Below, piece after piece: positions 12,170 through 23,859 of a stretch of 64,000 nucleotides of DNA (position 1 is its first letter; every line of letters begins with the position of its first letter). The DNA is from Adineta vaga (Eukaryota > Animalia > Rotifera): assembly GCA_021613535.1 (NCBI GenBank), contig CP075496.1, positions 12,214,001 to 12,278,000 on the forward strand, in the 5' to 3' direction. A program made the position numbers and the translations under genes. Under the pieces are notes generated by a model, which worked only from the letters and a program-made list of their open reading frames with translations, ran no database searches and had not been told where the DNA came from.

Positions 12170-12371
12170 TTAACAAGATACTTACAGTACAAATTTAGAT
12201 GGAATTAATATCCTATTATCGTAGATTGTTTTATTTTGAATTCATCAGGACGTCATCCAATCCAGTGTGTGTACAGATTGCTTATTTTTAATCCTATTTC
12301 AATTGTTTATAAACAACACCTGTTTCTTTCTTTTATCTAATTTAATCATTCCAAGTGTATTTCGATTAGCA

Positions 12372-12378
12372 TATAAAA
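12372..12378 (+). promoter_or_regulatory. Putative TATA box
   Basis: TATAAAA lies 74 nt upstream of the ATG at 12446. Confidence 0.4.
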
Positions 12379-12445
12379 AGCAATAAATTTTCTCATCAAA
12401 AGTCACATTTATTCGACTATTTTACTTCGAAAAAAAAACGATACC

Positions 12446-12896
12446 ATGTTGAAAGTTATTCTTGCTCTTCTCTTCTTAGGTAATAATCATTATTTTGTAA
12501 AATTCACGTTCTAAACTGCATGATTTTTTCATATTAGGTGTTGCTGTCAATGCCAAAGTTACTCGACCACAAATCACTGCTATCGTAAACTCGTTGAACG
12601 CCGCTGTTCAACTTGATAATAAATGTAAAACATCAGCTGATTGTGCAGCAGCTGCTGTTGGAGCACGAGCATGTGGTGGTCCAAATAGCTACGTTGTATA
12701 TTCAAGAAAAAGTTCAAATGCAGATGATATCATTTCCTTGGCAAAATTATCAACTGAACTTGAACAAAAATACAACATGGAAAATTCAGTTATGTCTATT
12801 TGTATGATGGCAATACCACCAAGTGCAGTATGTACCGAAAATAAATGTACTGCTTCATCATCTTTCTCACCACTTCAACCAATTGATTTACAATAA
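12446..12896 (+). CDS. Small secreted Cys-rich protein (~130 aa) with a bacterial-type 'G.R.CGGP..Y..YS' motif; HGT candidate
   Basis: Signal peptide MLKVILALLFLG-VAVNA spans intron 12480-12537. Mature part CKTSADC...GARACGGPNSYVVYS...SICMMAIPPSAVCTENKC has 6 Cys. Confidence 0.8.
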
Positions 12897-14093
12897 ATAA
12901 AAATTTTATATTTTTTCTTTCGGATATTCTGAAATAAAAAGTAGAAATTAATGACTTTATTCTTACAGCAACAAAACTGAGTTTTCTAATCTCAGTTGAT
13001 TCTTTTAATTGTTTGCTATCAATGAAATAAGAATTGGAATGTATATTCTAACATAGTATGCAGAACTTTGTAAATACATATTATTTCTACATCATTTATT
13101 TCTTTCTCTGAATCTAAATAACCGAAAATAATATATGCAATATCGTCAAAAATAAAACATCAAGATTTCAAGCAATTTTCAATAGGTGCATCAATAAAGT
13201 ACTTTGATGAGAAAAGATTCACATTCTGAGAACAATCTTTGTTTCTCGATAATGATATAAAAGTATCCTTCAGATCATAATAATTCTTTCCGGTCATTAT
13301 GTATATTATTATTACTAATATAACTATATGAAGAAGAAGAAAAACAAATATTTATTCGTTGTTTTTGTTTCTTATTGCAATTTATGCAATATAAATAATA
13401 GTGATACTTGTATATATGTTTTTGGCTTTCTAAACTTGAGCATCATGAAAATTTTGAGCAACTATTTTGTAATCTTACTATAAACAACGCCTCCGGTTAT
13501 TTCTGTCAGAAGAATTCATGTATTGCTGAATAGATTACAAATAAAATTAGTTAACAAAAAATATGAAAAGAACAAAGAAAAAAAATAAATCCGATTTGTC
13601 GTATTAGGAAATATCGGAGAGAGAAAAACATAAAATGTCTTTTTTTTTAGTCAGTAATCATCTATAATATAATACATCTGCATTTGTTTTCTACAACTTC
13701 ATCGTGACGAACGATAAAGTCGCTTTTGTAGTTCTTAAAACTTCCTTCTTATCTGAAGAGATATTTTACGAGGAAAGTTTCTCCCAGTTTATATATTATC
13801 TCATATAAAATAAGTTCACCCTCCAAATGTCCGTCGTCTTTCTTCGAAGTACTTTCCGATTTAATATATATAAATATATTTTTCTTGTGAATGTTGGTGA
13901 ATGACAAGTGTCTCTGTGTTATGTCTGCATATTATATGAAGTTTTGTTAAAACCAGTAAACTTCTGCATGTGATTATTTGTTAAATGAGATATATGAAGA
14001 ATTAAGGGAATTTAGTAGAGAAAGAAATGACATTCCGCAGATAGTAGAGATATGTTTTATTTTTATTTATAGAAAATTTGTGAGATAATTTCA

Positions 14094-17000
14094 ATGTCTA
14101 CTAAAATACAACGACGTCAATCAAAAGATATAGGTTTGTTGAAGGAAATCCTATCTAATTGTTATACCTAAAGATCTTTTTCTTCAGAGAGTAAAAAACA
14201 AGCATTTGAAGAAAATGAAGACAAACCTGTAGGTGAATATCAATTGAGAACATCCTTAAATATGGAGAATATTGATTTGGAACAAGTATATGAACAAGCA
14301 TTTTTTACATTGAATAATTCAACTGTTGAACTTATTTTGAATAAAAATATTTTAAGTTGGTCTAAAGTATCTGCCGATGGTATGTTTCATCATTTCTTTT
14401 TTTGTTATTTCAATAAAATTCAGAAATAAATTGTCATTTTCTAGTCTCTTCAGAAGGTAATTATCAAGCAAAAACATCAAATTCAGATGATATCGATTCC
14501 ATTGATTTGCATTATGTTTATGCCATATCACCTGTTCTAAATCGAAGTGGTTGGCTATTAAATAATAGTGAAAGTCAATCATCAATGAGTATATCTGATA
14601 TTTCTTCAATATCAAATTCATCCTTACGTGGATTTGAACTGTATTCCTATGAAAAATTGGATGATAATAGTTTACAAGAGATTCGTATTCTGTTTCAAAG
14701 TAATCGACCAAATCAAATTCAACAATGGTATCAATTAATTTCGAAAATCATCTCGAAATGTATAAAACTTGTTCATAAGTTTCTTTTTTTTTCATTCATG
14801 AATTCTTTTTTTTTATAGATAAACCCAAACAAAATATACTGATCATCTGTAATCCATATGCAGGTCCAAAATACAGTCGGCATGTTTATAATACAAAGAT
14901 TAAACCTATACTTGACAGAGCACAACATAATATTGTCTATACAGGTAAATAAAACGACTAATTACAAAGAGAGTCTTGAATTTCTATTTCTTTCAGAAAT
15001 TAATGAATCATGTTCTATTGATGATGTGTTAAATGATTTACAAACTGATTTCAATGCTCTAAATAGGTATATCAGAAAGTTTGGCACTATTCATTACTAA
15101 TAACAAATATCATTTTATTAGTTTAGTGATTATTGGTGGAGATGGATCAGTAATTAATGTGATTAATACATTACTTATTTATTTAGCAAAAGAAAATCGA
15201 ACAAAGTAAAAAACTAATACCCGAAATTTCTTTGATTTTTCGATATAAAAGTACTATAATATTATCGAATTGATTTTAGATTAGATAAAGATCATGATTT
15301 ACCATCTTTTCCATTTCCATTATGTATTATTCCGACTGGTAAATAATTGATTAGCATTTTGAATTCAATTAATAAGAATTTATATGTTTTAGGAACAACG
15401 AATATCATTTGTCATTCAATTCATGGTACTACAGATCATTGTACACCTATTCTTCATTTACTTTTTAGTGAGTTGAATACAAATATCATTGTTTTGATTA
15501 AAACGCTACTATGTATTTCAGATCAACGAATGAGAATTGATATGTCGGCAATATTTGATGATAATTATAATTTTGTTACAGTCAACTTTGGTGCTGCAGC
15601 AGGTTTTGCAGCAAATGCTCTTAGATATTTTCCACGATATTCTTCGTATAGTCCAAAGAAAATGATTCAAAAATCATTTGTTAAAGCAGCTTCAACTAAA
15701 AATTTAAGGTAATTATTTTATTATCAAATCTATAAAGAAAAATGCACGTCTTCTCACAATGATTATTCTTTTCTATTTGAATAATACTATCGTATATCGT
15801 CATGTTCATCTTTTTTTCTGTACTATTTGATAGTCCTATCGACGTGGAAATTCGCTATATTCCTGCTGATCAAGATAATACAGATATGACTCGTTGTTAC
15901 GAAGGGTAAATGTTTTTTAATCACATTTCATATTCTTTGGAAATTAGATAGTATTGATTTTAGTTGTTCTAAATGTACTCCAACAACTAATGAAAACAGT
16001 ATTGATGAGGTGACGACTTTCAACGATACTCACGTAAAAAAAATCAATACGCGAGGAAAATCTTCTGCATTAAATAATGATAATACTCATCGATCATCAT
16101 CTTTATCACGAAAAGCATGTAGACGACAAAATACACAAGATGAACAATGGAAAACTCTAACTAATCAATATATACATGTTGCCGTATTAACTAATGCTAA
16201 TTTATGGTCCTTCGCACCCCAAGGTCTTTCAAAATTTGGTCATTTAGCAGATGGTTTACTTGATTTATTGTTGCTTGAAGATACTACACGAAAAGAATTC
16301 TTACGTTCAATTAAACGTAATGGCAATTCGAAAAATCAAGTAATAGTCTTGAATAAGTACGAAATGATTTCTTATATTTTCTCTTTAGTATGATTTTCCA
16401 TTTGCAAATATGATTAAAGTAAAAGAAATTGAAATCGAACTGAAGCTTTCCAATCTGATTTTATCTAATGAAACACAAAATCTTAATGGTCAAGTCGTTG
16501 AAACATTATCCAACGATTCGTCTGATGATGATGAGGAGCAGTTAAACAATGACAAAAAATCTTCTCCAACAAAGAAATATGAACCACATCCACCAGATGT
16601 ACCGGTATCTGCCGATAGTCGACGTCATCGTCGTACTTTCACTCGTCAACTCTCTGATCAAACGCAGCAGCAAGATGAAGTCGATAAAATACGAAGCAAT
16701 CCATCGAAAGTGATCTTATCGGTTCGTCGTAAAACGATTTTTCAATCATTGAAATGGAAGAGTAAGAACACATCCTTGCCGCGTCAATCAAGTGTTAGCA
16801 CAGATGAACGTTCTCAAAGAAAACAAAGTCAACGGTCAACTGGTGGAGTATTCCCACTTACCAAGGTAAAGATTTCTCTCATATAATTCAGATCTTCTGA
16901 ACTATCTAGAATATCTACGTAGTCATTTTTCAATCTATTAACGAATGAAAATTCATCACCTATTCCAATGGATAGAAGGAGATCATCTGTAATCAGACGA

Positions 17001-17272
17001 CTTTCATGTGTCGATTATAGTAGAAGACCAACATTAAATAAAATTCAATTTCGAAAGAAAAAACAAGCTTGTATGTGGAATTTGAATTTTACTCCTTATA
17101 ATTCTCCATTGATAAGAATCAAGTAAGATAATAACTGAAAATAAGCCATCGATTATATATATATATATTGATATTTTCTATCTATAGATGTTTCGCTCGC
17201 TTTTTACCAGTTTTCGGTATTGGTCCTAATTCGAATGCATATACGAAAGAAGTCAATTATTCATGCTTTTGA
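14094..17272 (+). CDS. Ceramide kinase / CERKL-like protein (PH-like N-terminus + DAGK catalytic domain); multi-exon
   Basis: Motifs ICNPYAG, LVIIGGDGSV, PLCIIPTG-TTN, a CERK-type CxxxCxxC (RCYEG-CSKC), and APQGLSKFGHLADGLLDLLL. The exons I traced (5' exons through GGDG, and the last exon) join in frame. Confidence 0.8.
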
Positions 17273-17894
17273 TGTATTGACTACAACAAAACTTTCAACT
17301 CCATGTTCTTCCGTATATATTTGAATAATGACAATTGTTAATAACATACATTGCTGAAATTCTACGACATATTTGCTCTTATTAACATACTTCAAGCAGT
17401 ATTATTTATTAATACTACTCAATAATTTCTAAATCGATCAATAAGCTGACAGCATCTTGTCATTTATGACAATGACAGCTTAATCACACCTGTAACGTTT
17501 GATTTGATTTCGTTAATTCATCAAGTATCGACCTGAATTTCTTTTCATGTATTTTCATATGTCGACAGTGTATTACAAATATATTGTCACGTTAGCGTTT
17601 TTTTTCTTCTTGTTCATAACATCTAATAATCTTTCTTTTCAACATTGTTCTATATAAACATACAATAAACATATGGCACAGTATGAGAACAAATCTATTT
17701 ATTTATTTAATAAGTTACAACGAAGAAAAGTCAGGAACATGTCATACTTTAATCTGATTGGTAGTTGAAAGAAAACGAAGAGAAAAAAAAGAGAAGTAAA
17801 AAAAACAACGGTAAATGTATAAATACATACGCATTAATAATAAGTGTACATTTCTGTTTTCTTTTGTTGTTGTTGTTTTTTTTTTGAAATAAAA

Positions 17895-19001
17895 ATGTCA
17901 TCATCGACACACATAGTTTGGTTACAAAGTAATTATGATGAACCTATTCCAAATGAATTACGTTCTCATATTGCTCTATTCACAAATGAAGATGCATGCT
18001 ATCAGTTTCTTTGTTCATTACCAGCAAAAACACACGGTTTAACACTTGTTATAGCTGATGCCAACATTTCTACAGATCGTCTTGTTCAATTAAAACCAAT
18101 TTCATGTATTTACATACTGTCTTCATCAATATCGAAATTAAACTTAAAAACTTCTTCAAAAATTCATGGATTTTTTCATGAAAGAAAATCATTAACTAAT
18201 CAAATTTTATCGGATTTAAATCGAAAAAAAACTACTAAACCTGGCTTTTTCTCTGGTATTCTTGCTCCATTTCAAGGTTTCTATTTTATTCTTAAACATT
18301 CATCAACATGGTCACGTGCTTTAATACCATCGATTCTCTTTACTTTACTTCTTTTCGCCTGTGCTATACCGGGAACTTGGGCCATGCATACATTAACGGG
18401 TCGTTTAATTCGAAAAAATACTTCACGTTTAGCTCATGTCGGTATATGGTTACTTCGTCTTGTACTTTATATTATTGCGATTTGTCTTTCGTTGATTATT
18501 GCTCTTCTAACAGCACAACCATTGAGTTCACCAGCATTAGAAAGTTTAGTACGAGCACAAGAACATGATCTTAAATATCCGAGTCGTCCCGAAGAATCAT
18601 TTTGTTCTAGTGTATGGCGAAGTTTACGTATAGCCGCAATTTCTTTGGTTATATCATTGGTAATTTTTATTGTATTAACATTCATCGAATTTGTTGTGCC
18701 ACTAGCTATTTTCGTTACAACGCCATTGAAATTTCTTACAACTGCATGGATCATCGCTTATGATATTATTGATTATCCATTATCATTACATTTACTTGGT
18801 GTTCGAGAACGAACGCCATGGTTTCGACATTATCTATGGGCAACACTGGGTTTTGGTTTAGCAATGGAAATAATTTTTCTTATTCCAGGAGCTTTCTTTC
18901 TCTTATTACCAGCTGGTGTTTGTGGAGCAACACGTCTTGTTGTTGCAGCTGAACGAGCATCTATTGATCAACCATTATTAATGAATGATGAGGCTAGTTA
19001 A
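17895..19001 (+). CDS. Intronless EI24/CysZ-like multi-pass membrane protein with an extra N-terminal soluble domain; HGT candidate
   Basis: C-terminal ~250 aa: GILAPFQGFYFILKH..W.RALIP, AQPLSSPALESLVRAQE, AYDIIDYPLS, GFGLA...FLIPG...LLLPAGVCGATRLV, with several TM helices. The first ~115 aa form a separate alpha/beta domain. Confidence 0.75.
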   Translation: MSSSTHIVWLQSNYDEPIPNELRSHIALFTNEDACYQFLCSLPAKTHGLTLVIADANISTDRLVQLKPISCIYILSSSISKLNLKTSSKIHGFFHERKSLTNQILSDLNRKKTTKPGFFSGILAPFQGFYFILKHSSTWSRALIPSILFTLLLFACAIPGTWAMHTLTGRLIRKNTSRLAHVGIWLLRLVLYIIAICLSLIIALLTAQPLSSPALESLVRAQEHDLKYPSRPEESFCSSVWRSLRIAAISLVISLVIFIVLTFIEFVVPLAIFVTTPLKFLTTAWIIAYDIIDYPLSLHLLGVRERTPWFRHYLWATLGFGLAMEIIFLIPGAFFLLLPAGVCGATRLVVAAERASIDQPLLMNDEAS

Positions 19002-20273
19002 AAGAACAAAAAGAAAAACAAATTCAGTGGAACAGATCTGTGTTCTTTTTCCTCTGTTTAAATTAGTCAGATTGACTTTTTATGATAATTATTTTTCCAT
19101 TTCCTTTCATTTTTTTAAATAATAATAAATGAAGAAGTAGTCAAGATGTGATCGAAGATACATCTCTATTAGTATCATTTAATATAAACAAAAAAAGAAA
19201 GACTCATACTTAGCTTGATGAAATTATTTACATTACTAAAAGGTTTCTGTTTTCAAAGTTGTGAGGTTTCGTTTAATAAAAACAAAAAAACATCAAAATA
19301 AAAATTTCTTTTTTCAATATTGAATCGTTTTTTTAACATATCGAGACATTTAGAACATAATTACCATTTGAATAAATATTGTCATCAGTGGGAAATTATT
19401 TACTTTACTTCAATGATTGTCTAGAGAGAATATGTCTATAGATGAATAATAATAGAACATAAGACTTATATCGTGCCATTGAAGAAGTAATTCGAACTGT
19501 CTACTTGTGCGCACCATTTGATATATAAATGCGCATATTTAATCTTTTACGATAGAATTGATTGAATGAATATGATATATAATGACATCTATCGACATAT
19601 TATCATACCATCTATACAATATTTTCTTCTTGTTTTCTTGAAAATCGATATGGAACTGTTCAATAAATCTTTAAATTTGAATTATTCGAATTGATTTTGA
19701 GTACTGAATTTCTGTGTCATTTATGGAGGTCACTACTCTTCGCTCACTGCTCAGAATAAAACAAAGACCTGCAATTATAATTTAATTCACCCAGCATTAT
19801 ATCCATAAATATTTCACATTGATCGTAGCGCTCGCTCACTCATTTATTTCTTCCTTCTTCTATATCTACGTTATAAACGAACAAAGCTCGCCTTTATGTC
19901 TGTGTAGAGTAGGAAGCATTGTCCACAATAATGCATGAGAACGAACGGCGACCTATGGACAATAGAAAAGCAAATGACCTTATATGTTTGACCATACTCT
20001 CGTTCTTATTGTGTTCTCATTAGTGAAATATCATTGCACATAGGAGTTGTCAAATTACACTAATATACTAAAGAAAAAAACAATGTGTTTTTTTTCTTTT
20101 CCTTTCTATGAAAAAACCGCAAAGAAGAAGAAGAAGAAAAAGCATCTTTACCTCTCTATCTTTCGTCATTACATTGTGTCTTCTATTTCAGACGACTAGC
20201 GTCATTTCAGATAGAATCAATCGTTGAAATTTACTATACCTTTAGTTTTTTTGTATAAAATTATTTGAAACAT

Positions 20274-22322
20274 ATGGCTAATCGATCATCAGCATCGTTA
20301 CGAAGTCGTAATACGTCTTCATCAGGTAATACAGGTGGATTAAATTTTTCACGTGCACAAGAAAAAGAACAATTGGAAACACTCAATAATCGTTTGGCTG
20401 TTTATATTGATACTGTTCGTCGTTTGGAACATGATAATAAAGAATTAAAGGTAAATTCCTACTTTTTTTCAATTAAAAAAAAACATTCTTCAATAATTTT
20501 TAATATTAGAGTATTATTGCATCGTATACCGACACATATGAAGTTGAAACATCGAAAGTCAAAGAATTGTACGAACGTGAACTTGATGATGCGAAAAAAT
20601 TAATTGAAGAACTTGCTCGAGAAAAATCACGTCTAGAAATTGATGCCGAAAAAGCCAATGCTGAAGCACAAGATGCATTAGCAAAGTATGTCGAATAGTA
20701 GTAGTGAAGATTCTTGTTTAAAAGAAAAACAATGTTTTCTTTTCTAGACTTGCTCGTAAAGAACGTGATTTTCGTGCTATTGAAGGTCGTTTAAAACAAT
20801 ATGAAACAGAGATTAGTGATCTGAAAGCACGCAATGAAGCACTTGGATTTGATGCAAATCGAAAAACAGATGACAACGTGGTAAGTTAATTGATATTCTG
20901 CAAAGAAAATTTCTCGATAATAATATTTATGAGAGAATAGATCGATGAAATCTTTATACTTCAAAAATATTTATATATATTTGTTATTTTAAAGAGTTTA
21001 CGTGGTGCCAATGCTGATCTTGAGAAACAGGTTGCTACATTAAAACGTCAACTTGAATCGGAAACACTTCTTCGTATTGATCTTGAAAATAAGAACAAAA
21101 CTTTACGTGAAGAACTTCAATTCAATGCACAAGTTCATGAAACAGTAATTATACAGTAATTTTATTATTTTCCTATTGTATGTGTTTTTTCTCTCGCCAG
21201 GCTATCGATGAAGTTCGCCGACAACGAACTTATGGTGTGAAATCTTATGATGATGGTTTACGACAACAATATGATGATCGTCTATTGAATGAATTACAAG
21301 AACTACGTAGTCAAACGGAAGAAGAAATGCAAGCTTTACGTGATGAAATCGCTGGACAATATGAAAAGAAAATTGATGATTTACAAAATACCATTCGTCG
21401 TAATGCTGATCAAGTTGGTATATATCGATCTGATTTATCATCCTATCGTGAACGTATTGATGATATAACAAAATCACGCGATGCTTTGAATGATAAAGTT
21501 GCATTTCTTGAACAACGTTGTCGTGATTTGGAAGAACGTCTTCATCGTTCACAATTACGACAAGATGAAGTGTTAGGCGAACGTGAAGATGAATTAGAAC
21601 GTTTGAAACAACAAATTGAACAAATGCAAATTGATTATCAAAATTTACTTGATATTAAAATTGGTCTTGATCGTGAAATTGCAACATATAGAAAATTACT
21701 TGAATCAGAAGAAGAACGACTCAATATTTCCGGTAATTTATCACGTATGGAAACATCACATACAACATCAGCATCAAATGCTACATTTGAAAGTAGTTCA
21801 CATCAATCACGTAAACGTCCACGTTATGATCCTGATGATCATCCTACAATCAATACTCAATTAATTGATGGTGTCAATATAGTTGATGATGAAAGTTCTC
21901 ATCCAAAATTTGTTAAATTAATCAATAATTCCAAACAAGATGTACCAATGAATGGATGGATACTTAAACGAAAAGTTGGTTCGCAATCCTATGAATTTAA
22001 ATTTCCTAAAGGAATGAACTTGAAAGCTGGTGCGACAACAACTGTAAGATTGAAAATTCTTTTTAAGAAAATAAATATAAAAATCATTTTCTTATTTCTA
22101 GATTTGGAGTTCCGATGTGAATGATATCTCAGTTGATCCACCAACAAATTTAAAATTACGTACAACTAAATGGTTTACTGCTGGTAATGAAAGTAAAAAG
22201 ACAATTTTAGAAGACTCTGATGGACGCGTACGTATTATAATTAATTTTCTTTGTTTTTCACGAAATTCTCTTCAATTTTCATCATTTAGGTTGTTGCTGA
22301 GAAGATAGTTACTGTCAAATAA
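20274..22322 (+). CDS. Nuclear lamin (IF rod + NLS + lamin-tail Ig domain), no C-terminal CaaX
   Basis: Coil 1A SRAQEKEQLETLNNRLAVYIDTVRRLE; rod end LLDIKIGLDREIATYRKLLESEEERL; NLS RKRPR; tail domain KFVKLINNSKQDVPMNGWILKR...LKAGATTT-IWS. The last exon ends VVAEKIVTVK*. Confidence 0.92.
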
Positions 22323-23058
22323 GAGACAACAACAACAACAATCAAGCTTATCGATGTGTTCTTTATGTATAAAATATTTCTTACGAATATTCTTGATGTA
22401 GTTTTTTTTCTTTCGGAAAGTTTTTGTCTTTATTCAAGATATATGTGTGGTATTTACATTTTTTTTCGGTTAGGATTTTTTTATATTCCTATACCAGTAG
22501 AAACACTTACAAAAAAACGAAACCGAATACTGATTTTGAATGTTTTTCTTTGTGCACATTTAAAATCTTATTTTCTCGTCTCTTGTGTTTTCTTTTGTTC
22601 TTCCTTTGCTTGAACACAAACTGTACTGTAAACGTTTAAACTAGTTCATTCTGCTCTTGTTTGTCTATGATTGTTGATTTATTTCTTCTCTATAATCCAG
22701 AGCATTTGTTATGTTTTTCCTTGTCGTCGTTGTTGTTGTTGTCTTCTTTTTCCACTCGCTAGTAAATTCAAACATTGCTAACATACCAATGAAATATATT
22801 GACTTTTTCTTTCATCAAGTTCATACCAAGATATGATAGAGGATCATTTTCAAGTGATATTGATAGCCGTAAATATACATATATATCTATATCGAAAAGA
22901 AACCATTGATGTGCAAATTTTCTAGCCGATCTCATTTACATATTCTCGTTTGAAATTCTTCGATGAAGAGATATATTTACACATAAAATGCCTTTCTATT
23001 TAGCATTTCACACATTTTGTTAAATAAATACAAACAGAAGAAAAAAAAAGAGTTTTTG

Positions 23059-23859
23059 TTATAAATTGATAATTGTATGTGAATGAACGTGTCTTTTTCT
23101 TAAAAGATGATTATTTTCATTGGTTATTTCATTATCATTTCGATTGATATAGTTCATCAATTTCTTATATTTTGGAAATATTCCTCTCCAATTTTCACTT
23201 TCAATATAACTAAGAAAGAGATTTTCAGCTAAACATTTTCCAATTTGTCTCAAATGTAATTTATAAGAAAAATAATCACTAATTGGAATGAAATCCATAT
23301 CTTCAATAATAAATACAAGATGATAGAGTAAAATATTATAAGATTCAATTCGATGTAAACATATGTAAGCACGATCAATTGAACATTGTTGAATTAAATG
23401 ATTATTGATATAGATTGATACATGAAAATCAAGTGGAGAAAGAATAATTCGTCGTTGTTTGAAATTTTCTATTAGATTGAAAACGAGAAAGAGTGTTAAT
23501 AATCCAAATATGGATACTAATAGAAAATTAGAACTCAAATTCCAATATTCATCTGTATGAAAACGATAAAAAGTATAGAGAGTTAAGAAGATGAGAACGA
23601 TTTGAAGAATAATTAAGAAAGAAATTGTTGACCAACGACGATATCGATATTCAAATGTTAAGGATTGTTGTGTATGTATAAATGGATAATATGGATTTAA
23701 ACGAAAATGTTCAAGAAGTTTATCACCAAACTAGAAAAACTAAATGAAAATTTTCTCTTTTACTTCTTCAAAAATTCATACAGGATCGTAGAATGTTAAA
23801 AGATTGGAAAATAATAATTGAACTTTGTTGATAAATCGATGGTGATATGATAAGGCCAT
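23059..23859 (-). CDS. TMEM249: TMEM249 / CatSper-theta (CATSPERQ)-like two-TM protein (~249 aa)
   Basis: Exon 1 is 23859-23782 (MALSYHHRF...FYDP); intron 23781-23731. Exon 2 reads FGDKLLEHFRLNPYYPF...TFEYRY, two TM helices, QRRIIL...YICL...YHLVF...LRQIGKCLAENLFLSY...RHVHSH. This parallels recalled TMEM249 motifs (N..YPF, RRRLVL, VYVRL, GRYIARKLNINY, RHVVRH). Confidence 0.65.

Noticed and set aside
17270-17272. TGA followed by further open codons (SCF*CIDY...) at the end of the CERK-like gene; considered selenocysteine or readthrough
   Set aside because: No SECIS-like structure recognised and the kinase domain is already complete; treated as a normal stop.
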